In this document: positions 30,535 through 38,621 of the stretch, in pieces | Layout of the letters: the number at the start of each line of letters is the position of its first letter | How positions within the stretch are numbered: the stretch's first letter is position 1 | DNA from: an uncultured Clostridiaceae bacterium | GTDB taxonomy: Bacteria > Bacillota > Clostridia > Lachnospirales > Lachnospiraceae | DNA: 38,621 bases | Reading direction: 5' to 3' | Assembly: GCA_947175375.1 (NCBI GenBank) | Contig: CAMWMT010000001.1 | Span: 1 to 38,621, forward strand | Notes under the pieces: generated by a model | Database searches by the model: none | What the model saw: only the letters and a program-made list of their open reading frames with translations | What the model was told of the DNA's origin: nothing | Position numbers and translations under genes: made by a program

Positions 30535-30728
30535 AAGGAGTGTCGAAAACTCAGTCCCGGCTGTATGATAAGCAGCGCTGTGTGGATTGGAGCGGACAGT
30601 AAGTTGGTTTTGTCCGTCTCAGACGGACGTCTGAGTCCGATTGAGACGGACAAAATCGGTTCACTGTCCGATACACTCCATACGAGCGCTTATCATACAG
30701 CCGGGACTGCATTTTCCCGATTATCCCG
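30535..30728 (-). repeat. Dispersed palindromic element (family B), copy 3, inverted orientation
   Basis: Perfect 22-bp arms 30552-30573 / 30688-30709; reverse complement aligns closely with copy 2; lies between convergent yitT and carboxypeptidase genes. Confidence 0.92.
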
Positions 30729-30772
30729 AAATTCAATGTACTAACTTAAATCTGTTTATCAGTTATGATATT

Positions 30773-32305
30773 TTAAAATTTCCATTTATTGTTATATCGT
30801 TTCCAGCTCTTGTAATGCTTTCTGTCCTGATTACCGAAAGCATTCTTTTTATCACGCCAGTTTTTCCATCTTTTGATGGGATTCAATTCAATATCGTGAT
30901 CATTGGCGATCTTTCGGATAAGAAGAAGGATTGCCAGCAGGAGCAGGATGCCGCAGACGGCGATTCCTGCAATCCGAAGATTAATTCGGATTAGATTGAC
31001 TTTAGTATCAGCAGAAGAATCAGAATTTTGTTCTGGTTCGGTGGAATTAGATTCCTGTTCATCAGAGGTTCCAAATTCAAATTCCTGAATGCCGCTGTCG
31101 GATAACAGAAGCTGAGTGGAGCCTACAGGCTGTCCGGCATAAGTGTAGCTCAGGACAGCGATCACATCGGAATCAGAATTATCCAGAAAGTCAAGCTGTG
31201 GAGAGGCATCTGAAAAATCTGCATCGACTGGCAACACCACATATCCACTGGAGTCCATATCAATCATGGGCGCTGCAGTGCCAAATATGGAGGTTCCAGT
31301 ATCAAACAGTTCTCCCTGTCCGATGGTAAAGTTTTCTTCATTTTCCAAAATATTGACCTTGTGGAAATTCTCGCTGGCATAATTCAAAAGATTGGCGGTG
31401 TCGGTGTAGATAGGGACTCCCCGTTCAGCTGTTCCTTGGGTCTTCATAGTGACGACGATCAGATCCATGCCGTTTCTGGTAGCACAGGTGACCAGGGTAT
31501 TCAAAGCAACCGTTGTGTATCCGTTTTTGCCGGCAAATACAGTATCATCCAGAAACCTGGAGGTCTTGTAGCTGCTGATCATATAGTGATGATTATTCAT
31601 CAGAAGTTCTTCGTCTTTTTTATTGGTAGCCCTCAGGGTGTAGCGGGGAGTGCCGCTAATCTGACGAAATTTTTCATGTTTGATCACTTCCTGGGCAATC
31701 AGTGCCATATCCCGTGGACAGGTATAGTGTTCTTCGTCCGGTAGTCCATGAGGGTTGACAAAATGAGTATTTGTACACCCCAGCTCTGCAGCGCGTTGAT
31801 TCATCAGATCAGCAAAAGCTTCCGTAGTACCGGAAATCTGTTCCGCAATGGCATTGGAGCATTCATTGGCAGATTCCAACAAAATGGCGTAAAGACATTC
31901 TTCTACAGTGAGAATCTCTCCCTCATCTCTGGCTATATGGCTGCTGGCATAGTCAATGGAGAAGACAGCATTGTGAGAAAAAGTCACTTCTTCATCCATG
32001 TTCAGATTTTCCAGTGCCAGCAGTACAGTCATGAGCTTGGTGATGCTGGCAGGATACAGCTGTTCATCAATATTTTTGCTATAAAGGATCGTTCCAGTCC
32101 CGGCTTCCATGACAATGGCGGCCTCTGCATAGACCTGTGGTCCTGTGGGCCAGTTTTCCCAGGAATTGGACTGGATCTCCATATTATAGCGGATCTCGGA
32201 TTCAACGGCGGGATCTTCTGCTGCAAAAACGGGCGCAGAAAAGACAGTAGAAAGGCAGAGAACGGACGTCAGTGCCAGGAGCTTGTATCTTTGAAATGTT
32301 TTCAT
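30773..32305 (-). CDS. D-alanyl-D-alanine carboxypeptidase (peptidase S11), membrane anchored
   Basis: Signal peptide (VFA-A), PASITK (SxxK), SAN (SxN), NPHGL, GKNGYT at the KTG position, C-terminal TM plus basic tail. Confidence 0.92.
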   Translation of the reverse strand: MKTFQRYKLLALTSVLCLSTVFSAPVFAAEDPAVESEIRYNMEIQSNSWENWPTGPQVYAEAAIVMEAGTGTILYSKNIDEQLYPASITKLMTVLLALENLNMDEEVTFSHNAVFSIDYASSHIARDEGEILTVEECLYAILLESANECSNAIAEQISGTTEAFADLMNQRAAELGCTNTHFVNPHGLPDEEHYTCPRDMALIAQEVIKHEKFRQISGTPRYTLRATNKKDEELLMNNHHYMISSYKTSRFLDDTVFAGKNGYTTVALNTLVTCATRNGMDLIVVTMKTQGTAERGVPIYTDTANLLNYASENFHKVNILENEENFTIGQGELFDTGTSIFGTAAPMIDMDSSGYVVLPVDADFSDASPQLDFLDNSDSDVIAVLSYTYAGQPVGSTQLLLSDSGIQEFEFGTSDEQESNSTEPEQNSDSSADTKVNLIRINLRIAGIAVCGILLLLAILLLIRKIANDHDIELNPIKRWKNWRDKKNAFGNQDRKHYKSWKRYNNKWKF

Positions 32306-32453
32306 TATTTTCCTCTATTCTAATCAACACAATATATGTGAAATTTTCAGTACAGGGACATTTTGTGACCTGTCGTTTCTTATTATAGAGTATTTGTAAA
32401 ATGGGTGCAAGGCTCGAAGAAAAACTTTAGAAACTGTTAACATTCGAAAAGCC

Positions 32454-32483
32454 TTGACAGAACGGGGATCTTGACTTTATAAT
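32454..32483 (+). promoter_or_regulatory. Sigma-A promoter of the ileS leader
   Basis: TTGACA, 18 nt, TATAAT. Confidence 0.8.
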
Positions 32484-32502
32484 GGCTTTTGTAATCAGAG
32501 AA

Positions 32503-32746
32503 AAAGGCTGTGACGAAGACAGTAGGGATTTTTGGAAATTTTCAGCGAGCCGGAGAGGGTGAAAGACCGGTAAGAGTACAGAATCCTGAATATCACTTCC
32601 GAGCTGCAGGCTGAAAGCGCAAGCAAGTAGGTGCTGACGTAATCCTTACGTTACAGGGGACGCATATGCTGGTATGTTGTAAGAGGTGGTAGATCTTTTA
32701 AGAGCGTTTGTTTCGGCTCCGTCCTGTTACAGGATGGGGCCGTTTT
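32503..32746 (+). ncRNA. T-box riboswitch leader, Ile specifier (AUC)
   Basis: Stem I hallmarks GCTGTGA, AGTA, AGCGAG, GGTGAAAG, specifier loop GAAT-ATC-AC (ATC 32592-32594); GGTGGTA at 32685-32691; terminator 32714-32746; directly upstream of ileS. Confidence 0.85.
32714..32746 (+). terminator. T-box leader terminator
   Basis: CGGCTCCGTCCTG-TTA-CAGGATGGGGCCG-TTTT. Confidence 0.8.
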
Positions 32747-32833
32747 AATTCGTAATGAAAGATGTTAGCACAGTAATAAAGCAGGGGCATTATCCGGGCA
32801 GTTAAGAAATGATAATGAGGAGGTAAAAAGAGC

Positions 32834-35800
32834 ATGTATAACAAAGTCAACACAGATATGAACTTTGTAGACCGCGAAAAAGAAGTGGAAAAGTTCTGGA
32901 AAGAAAACGATACGTTCCGCAAGAGTATGGAACGCAGGAAGGATGGTCCGACCTATACATTTTATGATGGTCCGCCGACCGCAAATGGAAAGCCACACAT
33001 TGGACATGTATTAACACGTGTAATTAAAGATATGATTCCCAGATATCATACCATGAAGGGCTGTATGGTGCCGCGTAAGGCAGGATGGGATACCCACGGA
33101 CTTCCGGTGGAACTGGAGGTGGAGAAGCTTCTAGGTCTGGACGGCAAGGAGCAGATCGAGGAATATGGCCTGGATCCGTTTATCACCAAATGTAAGGAGA
33201 GCGTCTGGAAATACAAGGGTATGTGGGAGGATTTCTCTGGCACAGTCGGTTTCTGGGCGGATATGGATGATCCATATGTGACGTATCATGATGATTTTAT
33301 CGAGTCTGAGTGGTGGGCACTGAAGACCATCTGGGATAAAGGACTTCTGTACAAAGGCTTTAAGATCGTGCCTTACTGTCCGCGTTGCGGAACGCCGCTG
33401 TCTTCTCATGAGGTAGCTCAGGGGTATAAGGATGTAAAGGAACGCTCAGCAGTGGTACGTTTTAAGGTAAAGGACGAGGATGCCTATATCCTGGCATGGA
33501 CGACCACGCCCTGGACACTGCCGTCCAATGTGGCGCTCTGTGTCAACCCGGTGGAATCCTATGTGAAAGTAAAGGCAGCAGATGGACATGTGTATTATAT
33601 GGCGGAAGCGCTTCTGGATACCGTGCTTGGAAAGTTGGGCACGGAAGAGACACCTGCCTATGAGGTGCTGGAGCGTTATACCGGAAAGGATCTGGAATAT
33701 AAGGAGTATGAGCCGCTCTTTGACTGTTCTGCGAAAGTAGCAGAGAAACAGCATAAGAAAGGATATTTTGTCACCTGTGATTCTTATGTTACATTGACCG
33801 ATGGTACTGGTGTGGTACACATTGCTCCGGCATTCGGTGAAGATGATGCCAATGTGGGACGTAAGTACGACCTTCCGTTTGTACAGCTGGTGGATGGCAA
33901 AGGAAATATGACAGAGGAGACACCTTTTGCAGGATTATTTGTGAAGAAGGCGGACCCGGAGGTATTGAAGGATCTGGATGCAAGAGGATTGTTGTTTGAC
34001 GCACCAAAATTTGAGCACAGCTATCCGCACTGCTGGAGATGCAGCACACCGCTGATCTATTATGCAAGAGAATCCTGGTTTATCAAGATGACAGCAGTTA
34101 AGGACGACCTGATTCGCAATAACAATACGATCAACTGGATCCCGGAAAGCATTGGAAAAGGCCGCTTTGGTGACTGGCTGGAGAACATCCAGGACTGGGG
34201 TATCAGCCGGAACCGTTACTGGGGAACTCCACTGAACGTATGGGAATGCGAAGGCTGCGGCCATATGGAGAGTATTGGTTCCCGTGAAGAACTGAAACAG
34301 ATGAGCGGCAATGAAGCTGCGCTGACCGTGGAGCTGCACCGTCCATATATCGATGAGATTACCTGCACCTGCCCGAAATGCCAGGGAACTATGAAGCGCG
34401 TACCGGAGGTTATCGACTGCTGGTTTGATTCCGGAGCCATGCCGTTTGCACAGCATCACTATCCGTTTGAAAATAAAGAACTGTTCGAGAGCCAGTTCCC
34501 GGCACAGTTTATTTCTGAAGCAGTGGACCAGACTCGTGGATGGTTCTACTCCCTGTTGGCAGAATCTACCTTATTATTTAATAAATCGCCTTATGAGAAT
34601 GTCATCGTTCTGGGTCATGTACAGGATGAGAACGGCCAGAAGATGAGCAAGTCCAAAGGAAATGCGGTCGATCCGTTTGAAGCGCTGGAGACTTATGGCG
34701 CAGACGCGATTCGGTGGTATTTCTACATCAACAGTGCGCCCTGGCTGCCGAATCGTTTCCACGGAAAGGCTGTACAGGAAGGACAGCGTAAATTCATGGG
34801 AACCCTTTGGAATACCTACGCGTTCTTCGTGTTGTATGCAAATATTGATGATTTTAATGCAACAAAATATACACTGGATTATGACTCCCTGTCCATCATG
34901 GACAAATGGCTTTTGTCCAAGCTGAACACAGTGGTCGGCGAAGTTGACAGCAATCTAGCAAACTACCGGATTCCGGAGGCGGCAAGAGCCCTTCAGGAGT
35001 TCGTGGATGAGATGAGTAACTGGTATGTAAGAAGGAGCAGGGAACGTTTCTGGGCAAAAGGCATGGAGCAGGATAAGATCAATGCCTACATGACATTGTA
35101 TACAGCGCTTGTGACGATTTCCAAAGCGGCGGCGCCTATGATTCCATTTATGACAGAGGATATCTACCGGAATCTGGTGTGCAGTATCGATAAGGATGCG
35201 CCGGAGAGTGTTCACCTGTGCGATTTTCCGACGGTCCATGAGGAGATGATCAACAAGGATCTGGAAGCAGCCATGGAGGAGATCCTGAAGATTGTCGTTA
35301 TGGGGCGTGCGGCCCGTAATACGGCAAATATCAAGAATCGCCAGCCCATCGGGACCATGTATGTCCGTGCGGACCACGAGCTGGAACCAGTATATCAGAA
35401 TATCATCACAGACGAACTGAATGTGAAGGAGATCGTCTTTAAGGATGATCTGAGTGAATTTACCAGCTATACGTTCAAACCGCAGCTAAAGACCGTGGGT
35501 CCGAAGTATGGCAAGCTGTTAAACGGCATCCGCGCGCACCTGACGGAAATGGACGGCAGAAAAGCGATGGAAGAGCTGGATACAACCGGAAGTCTGTCAT
35601 TTGACATTGACGGGGCAAACGTGGTATTATCAAAAGAAGATCTGCTCATTGATATGGCTCAGATGGAGGGCTATGTGACAGAGGCGGACAGTCAGGTGAC
35701 GGTCGTTCTCTGCACGAATCTGAGTGAGGAATTAATTGAAGAAGGATTTATCCGTGAGATCATTAGCAAGATTCAGACCATGCGTAAAGAAGCCGGATAT

Positions 35801-35989
35801 GAGGTCATGGACCGGATCCATGTGTACAGCAATGGAAATGGGAAGATTCAGAGCCTGATGGAGCAGCATGGGGATGAGATCAAAAAGGATGTCATGGCAT
35901 CGGATATCCTCTTTGCAGAAGCAGAGGGATATGTGAAGGAATGGAATATCAATGGGGAGACCGTTACATTGGGTGTAAAAAAGCAGTAA
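32834..35989 (+). CDS. ileS: Isoleucine--tRNA ligase, type 2 (eukaryote/archaea-like)
   Basis: DGPPTANG, HIGH, GWDTHGLP, WTTTPWTLP, KMSKS; PYCPRCGTPLSSHEV and a long C-terminus without a terminal Zn finger indicate IleRS2. Confidence 0.96.
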   Translation: MYNKVNTDMNFVDREKEVEKFWKENDTFRKSMERRKDGPTYTFYDGPPTANGKPHIGHVLTRVIKDMIPRYHTMKGCMVPRKAGWDTHGLPVELEVEKLLGLDGKEQIEEYGLDPFITKCKESVWKYKGMWEDFSGTVGFWADMDDPYVTYHDDFIESEWWALKTIWDKGLLYKGFKIVPYCPRCGTPLSSHEVAQGYKDVKERSAVVRFKVKDEDAYILAWTTTPWTLPSNVALCVNPVESYVKVKAADGHVYYMAEALLDTVLGKLGTEETPAYEVLERYTGKDLEYKEYEPLFDCSAKVAEKQHKKGYFVTCDSYVTLTDGTGVVHIAPAFGEDDANVGRKYDLPFVQLVDGKGNMTEETPFAGLFVKKADPEVLKDLDARGLLFDAPKFEHSYPHCWRCSTPLIYYARESWFIKMTAVKDDLIRNNNTINWIPESIGKGRFGDWLENIQDWGISRNRYWGTPLNVWECEGCGHMESIGSREELKQMSGNEAALTVELHRPYIDEITCTCPKCQGTMKRVPEVIDCWFDSGAMPFAQHHYPFENKELFESQFPAQFISEAVDQTRGWFYSLLAESTLLFNKSPYENVIVLGHVQDENGQKMSKSKGNAVDPFEALETYGADAIRWYFYINSAPWLPNRFHGKAVQEGQRKFMGTLWNTYAFFVLYANIDDFNATKYTLDYDSLSIMDKWLLSKLNTVVGEVDSNLANYRIPEAARALQEFVDEMSNWYVRRSRERFWAKGMEQDKINAYMTLYTALVTISKAAAPMIPFMTEDIYRNLVCSIDKDAPESVHLCDFPTVHEEMINKDLEAAMEEILKIVVMGRAARNTANIKNRQPIGTMYVRADHELEPVYQNIITDELNVKEIVFKDDLSEFTSYTFKPQLKTVGPKYGKLLNGIRAHLTEMDGRKAMEELDTTGSLSFDIDGANVVLSKEDLLIDMAQMEGYVTEADSQVTVVLCTNLSEELIEEGFIREIISKIQTMRKEAGYEVMDRIHVYSNGNGKIQSLMEQHGDEIKKDVMASDILFAEAEGYVKEWNINGETVTLGVKKQ

Positions 35990-36002
35990 AAGGAGGCATA
36001 TT

Positions 36003-38468
36003 ATGGCCAAAAGAACTTTTAACAAGGAATTTTTTGTCAGAAGTGTAAAGTACAATGTGCGTACATTGTTCCGCAGGGAGATCGAAGAAGCGAGTCAGCA
36101 GCAGATCTTCCAGGCTGTCGGTTATGCGGTGAAGGATGCGATTATGGATGCATGGATCGCAACCCAAAAGGAATATGAGAAGAAGGATCCGAAGATTGTA
36201 TATTACATGTCCATGGAATTTCTCATGGGCAGAGCGCTGGGCAATAACCTGATCAATCTGACCTTCTATGATGAGGTGAAAGAGGCTCTCGAGGAGATCG
36301 GTCTGGATCTGAACCTGATCGAGGATCAGGAGCCGGATGCAGCGCTTGGAAACGGCGGTCTGGGACGTCTGGCAGCATGTTTCCTGGATTCTCTGGCATC
36401 TCTGGGCTATGCAGCGTACGGCTGTGGTATCCGTTACCGCTACGGAATGTTCAAACAGCAGATCGAGAACGGCTATCAGGTCGAGGTTCCGGATATGTGG
36501 CTGAAGAACGGTAATCCTTTCGAGCTTCGTCGTCCGGAATATGCGAAGACCGTTAAATTTGGCGGATATGTGAAGATCGAGAACAAGGATGGCAAGAACC
36601 ACTTTATCCAGGAGGGCTATCAGTCCGTGCTGGCAGTCCCGGTGGATCTTCCGGTAGTAGGTTATGGGAACAATGTGATCAACTGTCTGCGGATCTGGGA
36701 TGCAGAGGCGATCAATTCCTTCGAGCTGAATCATTTTGATAAGGGTGAGTACAACAAGGCAGTAGAGCAGGAAAATCTGGCGCGCAACCTGGTGGAAGTG
36801 CTGTATCCAAATGACAACCATATGGCAGGAAAAGAGCTCCGCCTGAAACAACAGTATTTCTTTATATCTGCAAGTGTGCAGGCAGCAGTGGAGCGGTATA
36901 TGCGTTCTCATGATGATGTCCGTAAATTCTATGAGAAAGCAACATTCCAGCTGAATGATACCCATCCGACCGTAGCAGTGGCAGAGCTCATGCGCGTGCT
37001 GATGGATGAGTACAATCTGGAATGGGATGAGGCATGGGAAGTTACCACGAAGACCTGCGCATATACGAACCATACGATCATGGCTGAGGCATTGGAAAAA
37101 TGGCCGATTGAGCTGTTCTCCAGACTGCTTCCGCGTATCTATCAGATTGTGGAGGAGATCAACCGCAGGTTCGTGATCAAGATTCAGGAGAAGTATCCGA
37201 ACAATTATGATAAAGTCAAGAAGATGGCGATCATTATGGACGGACAGGTGAAGATGGCGCATCTGGCTATCGCAGCAGGTTATTCTGTCAATGGTGTGGC
37301 AAGACTTCATACTGAGATCTTAAAGAATCAGGAGCTGAAGGATTTCTATGAGATGATGCCGGAGAAGTTCAACAACAAGACGAATGGTATCACTCAGAGA
37401 CGTTTTCTGCTTCACGGCAATCCACTTCTGGCAAAATGGGTAACTGCCCATGTGGGAGACGAGTGGATCACGGATCTGTCCAAGATCAAGGGACTTGCGA
37501 TCTATGCAGACGACGAGAAAGCGCAGCATGAGTTCATGAATATTAAGTATCAGAACAAAGTGCGTCTGGCAAAATATATCAAAGAACACAACGGTGTGGA
37601 TGTAGATCCCCGTTCCATCTTCGACGTACAGGTCAAGAGGCTTCATGAGTATAAGAGACAGCTTTTGAACATCCTGCATGTGATGTATCTGTATAATCAG
37701 ATCAAAGAGCATCCGGAGATGGAATTCTATCCGAGGACCTTTATCTTTGGAGCGAAAGCGGCAGCAGGCTATATGAGAGCAAAACTGACCATCAAGCTCA
37801 TCAACTCCGTAGCGGATGTGGTGAACAACGATGCTTCGATTAACGGGAAGCTGAAGGTCGTCTTTATCGAGGATTACCGGGTATCCAATGCAGAGTGGAT
37901 CTTTGCAGCAGCAGATGTGTCTGAGCAGATATCTACGGCTTCCAAAGAAGCATCCGGTACTGGTAACATGAAGTTCATGTTGAACGGTGCGGTGACGATC
38001 GGTACGATGGATGGCGCTAATGTGGAGATCGTGGAAGAGGTCGGTGCAGAGAATGCATTTATCTTTGGTATGAGTTCTGATGAAGTCATTGATCTGGAGA
38101 AGAAGGGCGGTTATGATCCGTCTCAGCTGTTCAATACAGATCAGGATATCCGTCAGGTACTGATGCAGCTCATCAACGGAACTTATGCTCCGAACGATCC
38201 GGAGAAATTCCGTGAACTCTACAATGCATTGTTGATCGACGGTGGATACAACAGACCGGACCCGTACTTCATACTGAAGGATTTCCGTTCTTATGCGGAA
38301 GCGCAGAAGCGTGTGGAAGCTGCTTACAGGGATGAGAAAGGATGGGCGAGAAGCGCAATTCTGAATGTGGCATGCTCCGGTAAATTCAGTTCTGATCGTA
38401 CCATCCAGGAATATGTGGATGAGATCTGGAAGCTTGATAAAGTGACTGTGGAACTTTCCGAAAACTAA
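36003..38468 (+). CDS. glgP: Glycogen/starch/alpha-glucan phosphorylase
   Basis: LGNGGLGRLAACF, LRLKQQYF, LNDTHP, VKRLHEYKRQ, PLP site EASGTGNMKF. Confidence 0.96.
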   Translation: MAKRTFNKEFFVRSVKYNVRTLFRREIEEASQQQIFQAVGYAVKDAIMDAWIATQKEYEKKDPKIVYYMSMEFLMGRALGNNLINLTFYDEVKEALEEIGLDLNLIEDQEPDAALGNGGLGRLAACFLDSLASLGYAAYGCGIRYRYGMFKQQIENGYQVEVPDMWLKNGNPFELRRPEYAKTVKFGGYVKIENKDGKNHFIQEGYQSVLAVPVDLPVVGYGNNVINCLRIWDAEAINSFELNHFDKGEYNKAVEQENLARNLVEVLYPNDNHMAGKELRLKQQYFFISASVQAAVERYMRSHDDVRKFYEKATFQLNDTHPTVAVAELMRVLMDEYNLEWDEAWEVTTKTCAYTNHTIMAEALEKWPIELFSRLLPRIYQIVEEINRRFVIKIQEKYPNNYDKVKKMAIIMDGQVKMAHLAIAAGYSVNGVARLHTEILKNQELKDFYEMMPEKFNNKTNGITQRRFLLHGNPLLAKWVTAHVGDEWITDLSKIKGLAIYADDEKAQHEFMNIKYQNKVRLAKYIKEHNGVDVDPRSIFDVQVKRLHEYKRQLLNILHVMYLYNQIKEHPEMEFYPRTFIFGAKAAAGYMRAKLTIKLINSVADVVNNDASINGKLKVVFIEDYRVSNAEWIFAAADVSEQISTASKEASGTGNMKFMLNGAVTIGTMDGANVEIVEEVGAENAFIFGMSSDEVIDLEKKGGYDPSQLFNTDQDIRQVLMQLINGTYAPNDPEKFRELYNALLIDGGYNRPDPYFILKDFRSYAEAQKRVEAAYRDEKGWARSAILNVACSGKFSSDRTIQEYVDEIWKLDKVTVELSEN

Positions 38469-38473
38469 AAAAG

Positions 38474-38512
38474 ACAGAGGCCGCGTGGGAGTGTTCTGCG
38501 CGGCCTTGTTTT
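38474..38512 (+). terminator. Probable terminator after glgP
   Basis: AGGCCGCG...CGCGGCCT stem followed by TGTTTT and preceded by an A-run. Confidence 0.65.
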
Positions 38513-38621
38513 GAGTTGCGGTATGTAGTGGTTTGGGGAAGGGACGCCGCTACGGGGGAGGGGATGCCCTCACGAACCCGGGGCAACGCCTGGTCGAGCT
38601 AATCGCTAACTTCGACTAAGG

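Noticed and set aside
14137..30736. Small ORFs with mutually similar translations (14264-14449, 14137-14367, 17004-17426, 17149-17334, 30462-30653, 30551-30736)
   Set aside because: The similarity comes from the family B DNA repeat; starts, frames and strands differ between copies, so a peptide family is not supported.
31510..31535. KNG in place of KTG in the carboxypeptidase
   Set aside because: A single substitution with SxxK and SxN intact; not enough to claim an altered function.
35964..37310. 448-aa antisense ORF opposite glgP (likewise 22160-23293 opposite serS, 4468-5520 opposite gyrB, 26942-27928 opposite the MBL gene, 217-900 opposite plsC)
   Set aside because: Each lies opposite a conserved gene and has no recognisable motif; long shadow ORFs are expected from codon bias on the coding strand.

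Overview
Chromosomal replication-origin region of a Clostridia-class Firmicute; gene order and protein style suggest Lachnospiraceae (inference). Leftward from oriC on the minus strand: dnaA-dnaN-yaaA-recF-gyrB-gyrA-plsC-tRNA-Ser(GCU), then a strong promoter at the window edge that is probably an rRNA-operon promoter. Rightward: rpmH-rnpA-yidD-yidC-jag-mnmE-mnmG-rsmG, an alpha/beta-hydrolase-fold gene, a Cof/HAD gene, two perfect parS sites, parA-parB-DUF4446-serS-DUF3881-tRNA-Arg(CCU), a four-gene accessory block, yitT, a D,D-carboxypeptidase, a T-box-led type-2 ileS and glgP. Two things are not explained by housekeeping. (1) A dispersed ~190-nt rod-like hairpin element occurs three times (14.25, 17.23, 30.54 kb) with compensatory base changes, conserved mismatches and a TCGGAC/GTCCG motif repeated at a fixed 31-nt spacing; one copy is nested in a second, tandemly duplicated hairpin frame between mnmE and mnmG. 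(2) The block after tRNA-Arg encodes an unknown acidic protein, a beta-CASP metallo-beta-lactamase nuclease, a PPP-type metallophosphoesterase and an AT-rich putative PD-(D/E)xK nuclease, making it a candidate uncharacterised defence or conflict module. All calls come from reading motifs by eye; no database searches were run.
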